A stretch of 64,000 nucleotides of DNA. It comes from Octopus sinensis (lineage: Eukaryota). This document shows, in pieces, positions 13,785-27,312 of the stretch (positions are counted from its first letter, which is position 1; each line of letters starts with the position of its first letter). The DNA lies in assembly GCF_006345805.1 (NCBI RefSeq), contig NC_042998.1, positions 176,390,001-176,454,000 on the forward strand. Reading direction: 5' to 3'. Position numbers and translations under genes: made by a program. The notes under the pieces were generated by a model that was not told the DNA's origin, ran no database searches, and saw nothing but the letters and a program-made list of their open reading frames with translations.

Positions 13785-13879
13785 CTGTGTATTGCATGAC
13801 AATAAGAAAGAGGAGGAATAGGATGAGAAGAGGAGGAGAAGACGAAGAAGAAGAAGATGATGATGATGATGATGATGAT

Positions 13880-13946
<67 letters not shown>

Positions 13947-14641
13947 GTGACGACGATGATGATGCTGAGATGGAGATGTGTTGTGACATGTGTGATCAAT
14001 TGTAAGATCAGGTTATGCAGTGTGTGTGTGTGCTTGTGTTTGTATGTGTTTTTGCGTGTCTGTGTGTGCGCGTGCGTGTCCGCGTGCGTATGTGCGTGTG
14101 TGCTTGGAGAGGGCGTATCTGTGATATGGATTATCTGTTCCTCTTTTCCTTCTTATAAATGTGTGTTGTGTGTGCCTGTATTTCTATTTGTGTGTATGTG
14201 TGTGCGGATGTGATAGTGTAGGTGTGTAGGTGTGCATGTATGTTTGTGTATGAGAATGCGTGGGCGTGCATAGATGGGAATGCGTGGGTGTGTTTGTATG
14301 TTTGCGTGTGTGTGTGTTGGAAGGTATAAAGGTATGAAGAGGTATAGATGGAACTCAGCAAAAGGAAGTAAAGATGGAGACATGGGGGAACGGTGGAGGG
14401 GCGACAGGAAATGTGTGAATGAAAAGAATGTGGGTAGTTGGCAGGGAATGGGGCGGTGAAGGGGGGTATATCATTTCAATTGTTAAGGGCACTGATGATA
14501 AGAACCGTACCACCGACACCACCACCACAAAAAACATCGGCACCCCCACTGGTGCCAGCAGCACCAGCACCAGTACCACCACCACAACTACCACTAGTAC
14601 CACTAGCAGCAACAACACCACCACCGTCACAGCAACCATCT

Positions 14642-14703
<62 letters not shown>

Positions 14704-14715
14704 GCTGCTGCTGTA

Positions 14716-14751
<36 letters not shown>

Positions 14752-14759
14752 GCTGTAAT

Positions 14760-14800
<41 letters not shown>

Positions 14801-15300
14801 TTAAAATCACCGAAACTGTTATCAGTAATATCTAACACTAACACCTTAATCCTGTTGTAGTGTAACAAAGCAAACCACCTCGACCTTTACTACCATCATC
14901 ACTACCCCCACTAACATATCTACGACTACTTCTTCTGCAACTTCTACCATATAAGAATACCGTCACCACCACCGTCACCACCACTCTTACTCCCGCAACA
15001 GGGATTACTACTGCAACAACACCATGAACCATTACAACTGCTATCACTATAGTAACACACATGGCACAACCACCTCCACCACGCTAGACACTACCACCAC
15101 TACATACACCAGAACCATAGTAACAACCACCGCCACCACCACCACCACCACAACAACAACAATAATAGCAAAACAACAGCGACAACAACCAGCATCACAA
15201 TCAGCTCCACCACTACCACCACCACCACCACACCAAACAACACCAACACCACCATCACAACAACTAAACCTACATCAGCTCAAGAACCAAACAATACCAA
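13722..15300. repeat. Compound simple repeats: (TCTA)n, (GAT)n, (GT)n, (ACT)n/(ACC)n low-complexity tract
   Basis: Directly visible. This tract explains the poly-D/M/T/S/V ORFs. Confidence 0.9.
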
Positions 15301-16059
15301 CATCACAACAATCAATAGCTCCAATACCACCGTCAACATCAGCAAAGTACCTCGTCCTTTTCGAAGGGATGGTGACAGCTTGAGCGTTGATGTTTTACAC
15401 CTGGTCAATTTGATCCCTCAGCTGTATGATCTAAAGGATCAAGCTGACGTATACGCTCCTTTGTGCGGCAGTCATCCCGAGAAACGAATATTGCCAACGG
15501 CATCTTTACCCTCGTGACCTACTCTGACCAATAAAAGCCGACTTTATCTACGGATCACGAGAGGATCACCAGAGACTAGAGGTTGGATTTCCATCTATGA
15601 AAACACATCAGAACAATCACGAAATGTGTAGATTTCTATGCTTTGTTTTAAGTATGTATTCTCATGCTTATATTTGTATGTTTAGACATGCACATATATA
15701 CTTAAATGGTAAACTTCTGGAAAGTTTTACAAATTTTTACAGTTGCAGTGATGGCTTGGGCCTGTAGTCTTCGAATCAGCTTTCTCTTTTTTGGGTTTGA
15801 GAAGCCCACTTTCTCATCCTAGAGCTTTCTAATATATCCATGCATGGTCTTCTGCTCATCCTTTCGCCTGATGATACGTTGCGGTAAAATCTTGCGAATC
15901 TTTGGGTGTGTATTTAAGGTTATCAGACAAGGAGTGTTGCTCAGGGAGCTGCTTTCCAAGTCTCATGATATCTATATCGTGTATGCAAACTTGATCAAGG
16001 GATGCACTTCGACACTGGGTGGTTAGAAAATGTTGCCGAAGAGATATATGACATTCAAA

Positions 16060-16650
16060 AGCAGTATAGGAATCGATGTTCAGCCTCTGCTTCCTTGTTT
16101 TCGTATAACGAAGAGGCGATTTACGTCGCTGTTGATGTGAAAATTGTTGGTGCTGGTCAGTAACTTCGGAGTTTTCATATCAATGGTTCGGGTCTCATCA
16201 AACGTCCAATCATGTAGCCCAAATTTTGATATGAGTACTGGTACCGCAAACACATTGTAGGCCACTTTTTATAGAATGCAGTGAGTTCTGAGGTCCATAT
16301 TTTCCTTATCTGGCTGTAATATTCTTTAGTGACACGTATCTTCTTATGGATACCATCGTATGAGGTTTTCATCCATCCCTAGATACCTATAACATTCCTC
16401 ATCAGATATAGGGGAAACAGTTAATTCATTGATAGACATGTTAGTCTGTTTTATAGTTTTCTCTCTTTTCATAACTGTATAGCAGCATTTATTCTGACCA
16501 AATTCCAACCCTATATCCTTTGAGAATGTTGTAACCAGGTCAAGGCTTTTTTTCATCTCATGCGAATTCTGGGCATACAGTTTCAAGGCATCCACAAAGA
16601 AGTAGTATGTAATTTCAGTATTTCTGTTTCCCTGTGAACCAGTGAGATAT
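16060..16650 (-). mobile_element. Degenerate R4/Dong-like (RLE-clade) non-LTR retrotransposon: RT C-terminal part and thumb
   Basis: Frameshifted ORFs read ITYYFFVDALKLYAQN (Y/F.DD motif decayed), FSKDIGLEFGQNKC, YRYLGM, YNVFAVPVLISKFG..DW and RLFVIRKQGSRG (the RLY..R..GGRGL motif of RLE-type LINEs). Confidence 0.8.
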
Positions 16651-17840
16651 GTGTTCCTCAGTTGTGTTGTTGGTGTTGTCATATCCAGTCATGTAATAAT
16701 TCATTGCATGGTAAAATCAAGTTTCAGTTGAAATTTTCTACGGTCGTAAATAAAAGGCTCTCTCAGTTAATTCATCTGAAGGTTAACCAGTTATTTAGCA
16801 GGTCTAATAGTTGTGACTTCAAAGATGGAGGTCGTATTCATTGTATTTCCGATAAATAGCCTCACACGCCAAACATTCGACTTGTCGCTTCGAGTGTGTA
16901 TGTATGTGTGTATGTATGTGTGTATGTATGTGTATATTTATATATATGTATGCACACACACATACACACAAACACATAAAGATAGATAGCTGGATAGGTA
17001 GGTAGATAGGTAGATAGGTAGGTAGGTAGGTAGGTAGGTAGGTAGGCAGGTAGGTAGGTAGGTAGGTAGGTAGGTAGGTAGGTAGGTAGGTATGTATGTA
17101 TGTATGTAGGTAGATGATAGACTGGGAACTACGAATATATTTTAATAAGGATATTCTTAATTATTTCCATCTAAAGAAGGTACAGTTGGCTTCTATAAAG
17201 AAATCTTCATTCGTTGAGATATCTACCACGCGTGCAGTTATTCTAGAAACTGATATAAAAAGAGACTTCATTCACAACTTCTTACTCCCTTGTTTAAATG
17301 ATACTTTATACTCAAACAACTCCATTGTAGCCACTCTACAATTATATTTAAGTTATTAAATCCATACTCTAAAGTGATACCACACGCTTTGCCTATTCCG
17401 TTTCCTTTTCTGATATATACCTACACGCTTAATGAAGAAAAACACTTATAACCATTCAATCCTAGAACACTACAACACCACTTTTGTTTTAGTCGTAGTT
17501 CAAATTGGAGTTTCAGAGGTAAGCCATCATGAGCACTTATTGTATATACCCATTTCATTACGTGATTAGACGCAATTTTTATCTCTACTATCACTCTCTC
17601 TTTCTCTCTGTACACATACACATGCACACATGGAGGATAAGTAAACAGCATTCGCGTTCAGACAGTTTTCAGATGTGAGTCATAACGGAAGGCAGGTTTG
17701 ATAATTGTTAGAGTGTCACATTGTCATGTATATTGCTCGTTCCAGATGCCGTGATCAATTGTAGCAACCAGAATTAAGTGCATTGCCGAGAGGCACAACG
17801 GAAAAATGCCTGCGGTAAATTATATCCCAATGTCACCTAA

Positions 17841-17903
<63 letters not shown>

Positions 17904-17999
17904 ATCTATCTATCTATCTATCTATCTATCTGTCTATCTGTCTGTCTGTCTATATATCTATCTGTCTGCCTGTTTGTCTATCACTCTCCATATATATAT

Positions 18000-18046
<47 letters not shown>

Positions 18047-18124
18047 TATATATGTGCATATAGACACAAACACATATGTATGTATGTATATATTTGTGTG
18101 TGTATGTATATATATATATATATG

Positions 18125-18173
<49 letters not shown>

Positions 18174-18259
18174 ATTTGATTGCTAGGCACGGCCTCTCTT
18201 CCACTATTCCAATATTTTTGCTCTCGATAGACACAATACGCATGTCTGTATGTTCATAT

Positions 18260-18327
<68 letters not shown>

Positions 18328-19580
18328 CATACATATATATATATATGTATGTAGGTATGTATGTATGTATCTATATAAACACTTATATACATATATGTAT
18401 ATATATATATATGTATATATGCATGCATATATATATATATATGTTTTTTTAATATATATGTATATATGTATGCATATATATGTATATGAAGACAAATATG
18501 TGTAAACAATTAATTTACATTCTGCTTACGCACAGGCACGCGCGAACGTATACACACGCATACACACAAATTGACATATTCACTAATGCAAATTATACAT
18601 CTGTACGTTTAATCTATATCGCCCCCAGTCAGTCATCTTTCAAATATTTTATAATTTCCAAGTTCTTGTCACTATTCCCAATCCATGAATATTCTTCCAT
18701 ACTAATGGGCTTGGTATATTTTATACACACACCAAAACCGCCTTCTTCATATCCTCAACATGAAAAATATACCTGCACATACATTTGTAAGCACATATAT
18801 GCATACATACATACATACATACTACATACATACATACATACATACATACATACATACATACATACGTACATACATACATACATACATGCATACATACATA
18901 CATACATACACACTTACATACATACACACACACAGACACGCACAGACGCACAAATACACATACGCACTCACACTTGCACATAAACATACGCACGTGCGTA
19001 CAGAAACACACAGATACACAAAAAAAACACACACACACAGAGGCCTGTATAAATACATACATATATATATATGCATGTATGTATGTACGTACGAATGTAT
19101 GTATGAATGTACGTACATATGTATGTATGTATGTATGTATATATGAATATATGTATGTACGTACGTATGTATGTACGTACGTATGTATGTATGCATGTAT
19201 GTATATATGTATGTATGTATGTATGAAAATATGTATGTATGTATGTATGTACGTATGCATGCATGCATGTATTATATGGGCAAGGAAAACAGGTTTCTTG
19301 ATGTATTTAGAGATGAGGGCATGAAGGGATAATCATGAATGCGTGTGCGTGTGTTTGAATGTATATGCACATGTGCATATGCATTCAAACATACACATAT
19401 ACGTTCGTATACGTACATATGGGTGTTTTTACATTTTCATAAGCATATGTGTGTGTGTGTCTGTGTGTGTGTATGCATGTATTTAGATATCTAACTATAT
19501 ATTTATATGTATGCAAGCATATATATGTATATGTATATGTATATCTATCTATCGAACTATCTTTATATGTATATATATGC

Positions 19581-19630
<50 letters not shown>

Positions 19631-19851
19631 TGTGTGTGTGTGTGGTGTGTGTGTGTGTGTGTGTGTGTGTATGTATATATATATATGTATATATATATGT
19701 ATTATACGTATATAGATATATATTTATATATATATATGTATATAAAAATGTATGTATATATATGGGTATATATATATATATATGCTTTACTCATCATTTA
19801 TTTATACATTTTATATATTTTTCCATAATATGTATGTAATTGTGTGTGTGA

Positions 19852-19882
<31 letters not shown>

Positions 19883-20424
19883 AGTGTGTATAGTCAAGGG
19901 TGAGTAAATGTACAGACAGTTTGACGTATCGGTCAGTCGAGGAACACGGAAATATAATCAAGCAAAAAATGGATGGGTGGATAATATACATATAAATATA
20001 TTGTTTAGATATAGCGATATATACAAAGAGGAAGAGCCAGGAGCCGGGGGAGATATAAAAAGTGAGAAATTATATTACTTTGATACAGATGAAGACATAT
20101 TATTAAAACCAGTAACCTAGACTGACGAACATACATATATTTCTTTCATTGGTGAACCTCCTCACTACATGCATACATATATATGCATGAATACATACGT
20201 GTATGTGTGTGTGTGCTTTTGGTCTATAATTGTCACGTACGCAGAAGTGCGTCTCTGTGTGTGTATATATATATGCATATAAATATGAACCCACATATAT
20301 ATGCATCTATATACACGCACATATAGATGCATAGTTATATATATATATTCGCCATGATAGATCGGTAGCCAGTACACGCATTTTTCTTCTCTCCTTGTTT
20401 CTCTCCTTGTTTCTTTCTGTGTTC

Positions 20425-20460
20425 CTTTCTGTGGAAGAGCGTAGGCTCGAAACGTTAAAG
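20425..20460 (+). ncRNA. Minimal hammerhead-like motif with variant core (CUGUGGA), same family as 12551-12586
   Basis: CTTT-CTGTGGA-A-GAGC gtag GCTC-GAAAC-GTT-AAAG. Confidence 0.55.
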
Positions 20461-20569
20461 ACTTTTCCAATTCCGGAGTGTTATACTAGTACATCTGTTT
20501 GTTTTCTACAACCACCTGTCTTCTTTTTTCGTATTTTTCCCGTGAATTCTCCCTATATATATATATTAT

Positions 20570-20635
<66 letters not shown>

Positions 20636-20702
20636 GGTCCCGGGTTGATCCGGGGTTAACCACAGTAAGTAAGGTACTCAATACATAGCAGAGTAAAATA
20701 AT

Positions 20703-20793
20703 TTATTATATAGAAGGAGCTTCTACAGGACTAGTACTGTTTTTCATACGATGAAACAGTACTAGTCCTGTAGAAGCTCCTTCTATATAATAA
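20703..20793. repeat. Perfect 40-bp inverted repeat with an 11-nt spacer
   Basis: 20703-20742 is the exact reverse complement of 20754-20793. Confidence 0.95.
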
Positions 20794-20795
20794 TA

Positions 20796-20828
<33 letters not shown>

Positions 20829-21043
20829 ATATATACCAATATATGACATTCTTATTTACTTTCTCTTTTTTGTTTTTTTATAAACTATATCCCCCTTCAG
20901 CTACTGCCTACATACATTATTTAAATTAACGTTTTGCACATATCAGATATCAATGAGGTTACGTATGCTATAACTATACATATATACATAAATATCTGTA
21001 CTACCCCTGAAGAGATGCATCTTATAATGATTTTAATGATATA

Positions 21044-21085
<42 letters not shown>

Positions 21086-21206
21086 CATCAAGGTACATCA
21101 AGAAATTAATAATATTATATTATAATAACATCAAGTAATATAATAATATATATTATATATATAACATCATGTACAGGTAATAGATCTTAAATCCATTGAA
21201 TATACT

Positions 21207-21451
21207 GGTTAGTTACCAATCTATAGAAAGCTCAAGTATAAGGTAACCATATAAATCGTAGTTCATATATTTATATATTTAAAGAATAATTAGAAAATGG
21301 AGAGGTAATAAATAAAATTGTTTATTAATTATAAAATATGACAACATCTCTGACAGCCGTTTCGATTCAGAAATCTGTAGATAATTTATAAAATCTAAAT
21401 CATTATAAGATGCATCTCTTCAGAGTTATTAAAGATATTCTTCATATAATG
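21207..21451 (-). repeat. 245-bp near-identical direct repeat, copy 1 (copy 2 at 22972-23216), containing a hammerhead-like motif on the minus strand
   Basis: The copies align end to end with a few substitutions. Minus strand reads CTGAAGA-GAT...ATC-GAAAC-GGCT-GTC. Confidence 0.85.
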
Positions 21452-21660
21452 ATTTTAATTTTATAAATCAATTATCTAACTGTCAGAAATATCATATTTT
21501 ATAATTAAATAATTTTATTAATCATCTCTCCATTTTCTCCTTATTCTTTATTTATGTATATGTATGTATGTATGTGTGTATGTATGTATGTTATGTTACG
21601 TATGTATGTATGTATGTATGTATGTATGTATGTATGTATTTATGTATGTATGTATGTATG

Positions 21661-21696
<36 letters not shown>

Positions 21697-22113
21697 TGTA
21701 TGTATGTATGTATGTATGTATTTATGTGTGTATGTGTGTGTGTGTGTGCATATATAGACCACAGGTCATAAGTCAGAAGAAACTGAAATGAACTTTGATG
21801 TAAAACTTTGTTAAATATTGTTTCTCTGCAGTTGATGCGCAAGAGAAGAGGGACTGCGATCCATTTCACGGTTTTTTTACTATACTCAGAGAAGGCGTAT
21901 CCGGTTTTCTTCGCCAACCAATAGCGTAGTTCATGTAATTTATAAAGTAGTCATTAATTAGGCTAGCACTGCGGTGGATAATCTAATGTGCATATCTGTA
22001 CACTTAACGATTCGGTACTAATTAAACAAAGAATATGTCTTCGTTATCATACAGAACACGGGTTTGAAAATCCGATGATATCATTCAGAGGTCAACTCGA
22101 TATATATATTTAC

Positions 22114-22727
22114 CAGTGGCGTATGATGGTTGTTATATTGGGTGTGCTGCCACACCCAATGCCACCATATTCCAAGCAGGGGTATAACAAAAGTTTTCCA
22201 TTATGATTTGTTATTAAATTAATGAGTAAGGTTAATGTTGTTGGCATCCTTTTGTCTCAGGAGACAATGGAGTTGCGTATAAACTAATCCAGTCTGATTT
22301 TTACATTTTATGTCCTCACCAGTCTCCTCTCCAGTTTTGCGCAGGCCTAGGCTAGATGTAAGAAAATCCTGGGTAGCCCAATCGTCAGGATTCCTCTCTC
22401 GACCTTGCCGACGTAGTCCAAAGGAGTGCAAAGCATTACATTTGGCACCAGCTTGGTTGCAGGAGCTGCCGGAAGAGTGTCGAGTCGAACACTAAACCGT
22501 CTACGGGGCTCCACTCCAGATTTCTTTGATGGGTGTCTCCTTTCCGTAACTTTGGATAGGGACCCATACTGGGTACTGTCAACCGGAGCCAGCTGAGCCT
22601 GAGACTCGTGTCAGGAAGGGTCGTGAAGAAAATCGCTACCCACTACCTAGGCTAATATTTATAATGAATTTACCATTTTCAATGGGTATGCAGAGCACAC
22701 CTAGCACACCCGGAATATACGCCCCTG
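22114..22727. mobile_element. hAT-type MITE interrupted by an RTE-derived-like retroelement fragment (~22235-22625, minus strand)
   Basis: Termini CAGTGGCGTA...TACGCCCCTG; 8-bp flanks ATATTTAC/CTATTTGC match 6 of 8. The internal GC-richer segment ends, on the minus strand, in GGATGCCAACAAC. Confidence 0.6.
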
Positions 22728-22971
22728 CTATTTGCTCATACAGATAAGAGAAATATTTTCACTAAAGTATTAACCACAATGACCGTCTTTACACGTTCGA
22801 GTGTACTGGAGTGTGTTAAATATAAATATAAGTCGCCTTATTTCAAAGATTAGTTCGTTTACAATTCATCAATTCCAATTTGATAATACTTAGTACTAAC
22901 CAATGAATATAAATTTTATTGTTTACATATAGCAACGGCAGCTCATGCTCGGTTAGGATCAACTGAGGCGA

Positions 22972-23216
22972 GGTTAGTTACCAATCTATAGAAAGTTCAA
23001 GTATAAGGTAACCATATAAATCGTAGTTCATATATTTATATATTTAAAGAATAATTAGAAAATGGAGAGGTAATATATAAAATTATTTATTAATTATAAA
23101 ATATGACAACATCTCTGACAGCCGTTTCGATTCAGAAATCTGTAGATAATTTATAAAATCTAAATCATTATAAGATGCATCTCTTCAGAGTCATTAAAGA
23201 TATTCTTCATATAATG
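22972..23216 (-). repeat. 245-bp direct repeat, copy 2 (Penelope pLTR-like, hammerhead-bearing)
   Basis: Aligns to 21207-21451. Confidence 0.85.
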
Positions 23217-23734
23217 TGAAGCATAATCATGAAGCATAATCATGCAGAAATACGTAACTGTCCGGTGGCGTCATTCAGCGTCCAGATTGATGCATTTTTA
23301 CACATTTCTTTGTATAAGAAGAATACCTTACAGTTAACATATGTCTACGTTTGAGCGTACATGAGTGTGTTAAACACACATACACATGATGGCTGTCTAC
23401 TCGTTAGACGAACATGGCCATCGCTGATAGGAATTTCTGTCTACCAAGAGCCGTCAGTGTGTAGATCTGAAGTCACTTACCTTCTGCCTGTCAGACTTGT
23501 GTGTGTCACCACCTCCCCATCGCCACTGCAATTCAAAAGTCAAGAACACAAGATGTTAAGTGTTAAGCGTTAAGTGTCATCAATGCCTGTACAAGAGTTT
23601 TAAGTCGACTGCAGCTTGTACAACACCACAACGACTCTCACTAGCAATACCAAGAATACCAGAGGCAAGTAAAGTGCAAGACATCCGGCTCAGTAGAGCA
23701 GCATTTGTATATGCGAGTTAGTCTCCTCCTAGAG

Positions 23735-23967
23735 CAGGGGTCGGCGAACCGGGTTAAATTACTCCAAATGGGATAAAAATGAAATTCTTGGCGGTAATGC
23801 GGACTCATTAGACATTGGTAAAATTATATAAAAAATCTAGTTCCTTGTTACGACAGAAATTTTTCTTCTGGCAACACTGCATCTGTGTAAATAGATTCAT
23901 ATAAATGAATCGTCGACGTAAAGAAATATTTTTCGGGTAATTGAGTTAAAAAGTTCCCCGGCCCCAG
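23735..23967. mobile_element. hAT (Charlie-like) MITE
   Basis: Termini CAGGGGTCGGCGAACC...AAGTTCCCCGGCCCCAG; left flank TCCTAGAG. The TSD is not conserved. Confidence 0.5.
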
Positions 23968-24371
23968 GTATCCCTCAATTTTCAGTGGGCTTACTGTACT
24001 TTCGGACACCAATCCGAGTATTTCTGTCCCGGCGCTACATACATATATACATACATACGTACGTATTCATACACACACATACGTACGCACATATATACAA
24101 TCTTATATAATAAAATAGAGTTTGTGCGTGTGCACGTACGTATGTTCCCAATGGATTCGAAAACTGAGTTGCCAATTTTGACGTATGAGATTAAGTAATC
24201 TTTCAGTTACCAAATCAAGTATGTTTTTTGCACAACAAATCTTTTTTGCTGCAAAAATGACCTCGAAAACGAGGTCGAGTCTCACAATTTTGAGGTCTTT
24301 AGCTAAGGGAGGCAACTCTGCCTGAAGAATCTTAAAATACATGGACTTTTATCAGAAGCATGTTTGTCACA

Positions 24372-24408
<37 letters not shown>

Positions 24409-24549
24409 AAGTATGGGGTGTTTAGTTCGCAGGTGATCTAAACGATTAGGTACGCTAGGTAAGTGCTGTAACGGATTACTGGAACTCCAAGATTATAGCC
24501 GAGACGGTAGTTATAGAGCCATTGCAGATTTCAGAAGCAGCAGATATAT

Positions 24550-25056
24550 AATTGTTAAACAGGACTGCAAACATTACGGAAAGGCAAACATCTCAAGTCA
24601 CATATACTATTTTAATGAGAAGAAATTCAAAATCTTACAGCTGTTTCTGGGATATCCTCGAGTATTGGATATTCCGTCACCAGAGACAAATTGGGGGGGG
24701 GATATAGAAAATGGGAATAGTATATATCAATAAGAGGATAACATAGAGGAAGGGAGTATACGCAGGATTACACCTAAGGACCCATGCTTTGGTTTCTTCG
24801 GAAATTTTATGCCTCTTTTTTTTTCTTCTCTCTTTCCATCTCCTTATTCCTTTACTCCCTTCCTCTATGTTATCATCTTATTGGTATATCCCATTCTCAT
24901 TTTCCATATTATTCCCTCCCCCCCCCCCAGTTTGTCTCTGATGACGGCATATCCAATATTACAGGAAGAAATTTTGAATTTCTTCCTGTTATAATATTAT
25001 AATTGACTTGAAATGTTTGCCTTGCCTTAATGTTTGACGTCCTGTTTAACAATTGT
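24550..25056. mobile_element. ~500-bp imperfect inverted repeat of two Penelope-type terminal repeats, each with a hammerhead motif
   Basis: Arms ~24550-24770 and ~24840-25056 are reverse complements. The left arm, minus strand 24632-24687, reads GTCT-CTGGTGA-CGGAATATCC...GGATATCCCA-GAAAC-AGCT-GTA-AGAT. The right arm has GTCT-CTGATGA-CGG but stems II/III are deleted. Confidence 0.75.
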
Positions 25057-25066
25057 ATATATATAT

Positions 25067-25130
<64 letters not shown>

Positions 25131-25498
25131 ATAATATATATTAATATATATATATATATATACATATACAAAAAGTAAAAGAGTCAATTGAAGAGTAAGT
25201 ACGGTTAGGCAGCTTTTTAATCGCTACAAATGTTTCGATACACACAGATTCTCGTATCTACAGGTTTTAAAGTTAAGTTTAAATTAAATTATGATTTACA
25301 GGCTATTTGGGAATTCTAAGGGTGAACGAGCTCTATTTGTACTCTTATACGTTCTTAACAGAACACACCCCAACTATACACATATACATATATTATTTAT
25401 TCCGTTAATCCAAACAAGAAAACAAAAACAAAAAAAACAACAACGCAAGGACGTGGAACAAATAAAGTATTATTGGACGCTCAGGAAAGAAGGGAAGA

Positions 25499-25535
25499 CG
25501 TTTGACGTTTCGAGCGGAACTCTTCGTCGGAAACA
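25499..25535 (-). ncRNA. Minimal hammerhead-like motif (CCGACGA core variant, GUC site)
   Basis: Minus strand: TGTTT-CCGACGA-A-GAG ttccg CTC-GAAAC-GTC-AAACG; stem I is GTTT/AAAC. Confidence 0.6.
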
Positions 25536-26165
25536 TAGGAGAAGGAAAGATCCCGAGAAGGGAAGACAGGGGAAAAATCGCTATTATTTATTCATATATA
25601 TATAATATTATACATATTATAAACATGTGTGTGTATGTGCATGCCTGTGTGTGTGTATGTATATACCTATATAATTTAATATCATCTGGACAAAAACATT
25701 ACAGTGGGCTTTAAAAGCATGTAAGCTTTGCCTGGAAGAGACTCTGGAAATAATATTATGCAATGATAACATCACCAAGAATCACTCTGAAATTATTCTA
25801 ACTTAAAAGCTCCTTTCTGAAATTTCGAAAGAAAACGTGATATTTAATATTATATCAATCCTTTATTTACGGGAAAATGTAATTATAATTCGTATCATTT
25901 TTCGTTATATTTATTGGGATGATTATATTTTTGTTTACCCAAATTGCGTAATTTTATAATAATTTATATATATGGTTATTTAGTTATATCAATCCGTTAT
26001 TTACTCAAGGATGTAATTACAATATTTCATCATAAGCACTGGTATGTTCAGACTGTTGTTTACGTAAATTGTATAATCCCATAATAACTAGTATATGTGT
26101 ATAGCTGTTTAGTGAAAAGGGAAGTAACTGTAGAGTAGATCTGTTTGCCAGGACGTAACGATATA

Positions 26166-26311
26166 TACGAGTGGATGCTGAAAGATCCCTGGCTTTAAGG
26201 GCAACGGATAAGGCCTGGTTGGAGACCCAACCTTTTGAATAAAATCATAATTGACTGATCCTCCTTTAGTTTCTTTTACCCAAAGCCAGGAACTTTTCAG
26301 TACCCCTCATA
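26166..26311. mobile_element. Mariner-derived MITE
   Basis: TA-flanked imperfect TIRs: CGAGTGGATGCTGAAAGATCCCTGGCTTT and AAAGCCAGGAACTTTTCAGTACCCCTCA. Confidence 0.65.
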
Positions 26312-26416
26312 TGTACCTGCTGAACATAGTCATAGAATAAATATCATATGGATCTGAGTAGAAGCATTATTAAACGTAAATAAACATATGATGTATAGAA
26401 ATAGGTAGGTCTAAAT

Positions 26417-26649
26417 CAGTAGTTCTCAGCTCCTTAACGGTTCATATAACATTTTGCTGCTAAAATATGTGCAATAAATTCGCTACGCTTCTACAATACT
26501 CAAAATATTAAAAAAAAAAATTTAATACGATTCCTAATGGTCTTCAGTTATGAAAATAATTTTTTTAGACATCGGATGGCTATGGGGGTTCACCCGAGTA
26601 AAATAGGAATCAATGGGGATCCATCGGCAAAAATAGTTGAGAAATATTG
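26417..26649. mobile_element. hAT/Charlie-like MITE
   Basis: Termini CAGTAGTTCTCAGC...GTTGAGAAATATTG; 8-bp TSD GTCTAAAT/ATCTAAAC (NTCTARAN type). Confidence 0.7.
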
Positions 26650-27312
26650 ATCTAAACGAAAAAACTCAATAAGGTTTCACCATAACTTAATTTTTCTTTT
26701 GTTGAGGGGATATTCTAAATCTTGAAAGAATAGATATAAATAGAGAAAATTTTGCACAAGGGCATAATTGGTTAATGATTGGTGGTGTTGCATGTAGGGA
26801 TGTACATTCACGAGAGGCAAAATGCGGTTAGATTTAGGTAGATATATGTATGTACAATAAAGAAATATGTAGATTAGTGCAAAATGAGAGAATATGAATG
26901 CATAAGGATGCGTGCAAGTAAATGCTCATGCTATGAAGCGAGAAGAAATCTCTTTAGTAAGCGTGGTGTATACATGGTTACGTTCGTGGGTATGAATGTG
27001 TGTATGTATGTCTATGAATGTATGTATGTGTGTACGAGCGTGTGTGTGCTTATCTGTATATATAAGTGCGTGTGTGTGTGTGTATTTATGTATACACCAT
27101 GTAAATGAATACGCATGTATAAGGGTGAAGGCGAGCAAATTTTTCTTGTTCTAATAGTATTTCTTAAATGTCTAGCAAAGCCACTGTGATGCGACCCAAG
27201 AAAAGTCAAAACTAAGTTTATAAACATATAAATCTGATTGTTCTGGCTGAGAGATTGGCTTTCGGTTGTGGTAACAAGCTGACTACATACAAATGACTTC
27301 CTTTGAATTAGA

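Noticed and set aside
13772-14005. Poly-Asp, poly-Ser and poly-Met ORFs
   Set aside because: (GAT)n microsatellite.
14355-15383. Thr-rich mucin-like ORFs (14419-14835, 15024-15383)
   Set aside because: These are translations of (ACT)n/(ACC)n repeats, open in several frames and on both strands. They are interrupted by stops, have no convincing splice sites and lie inside the F-box intron.
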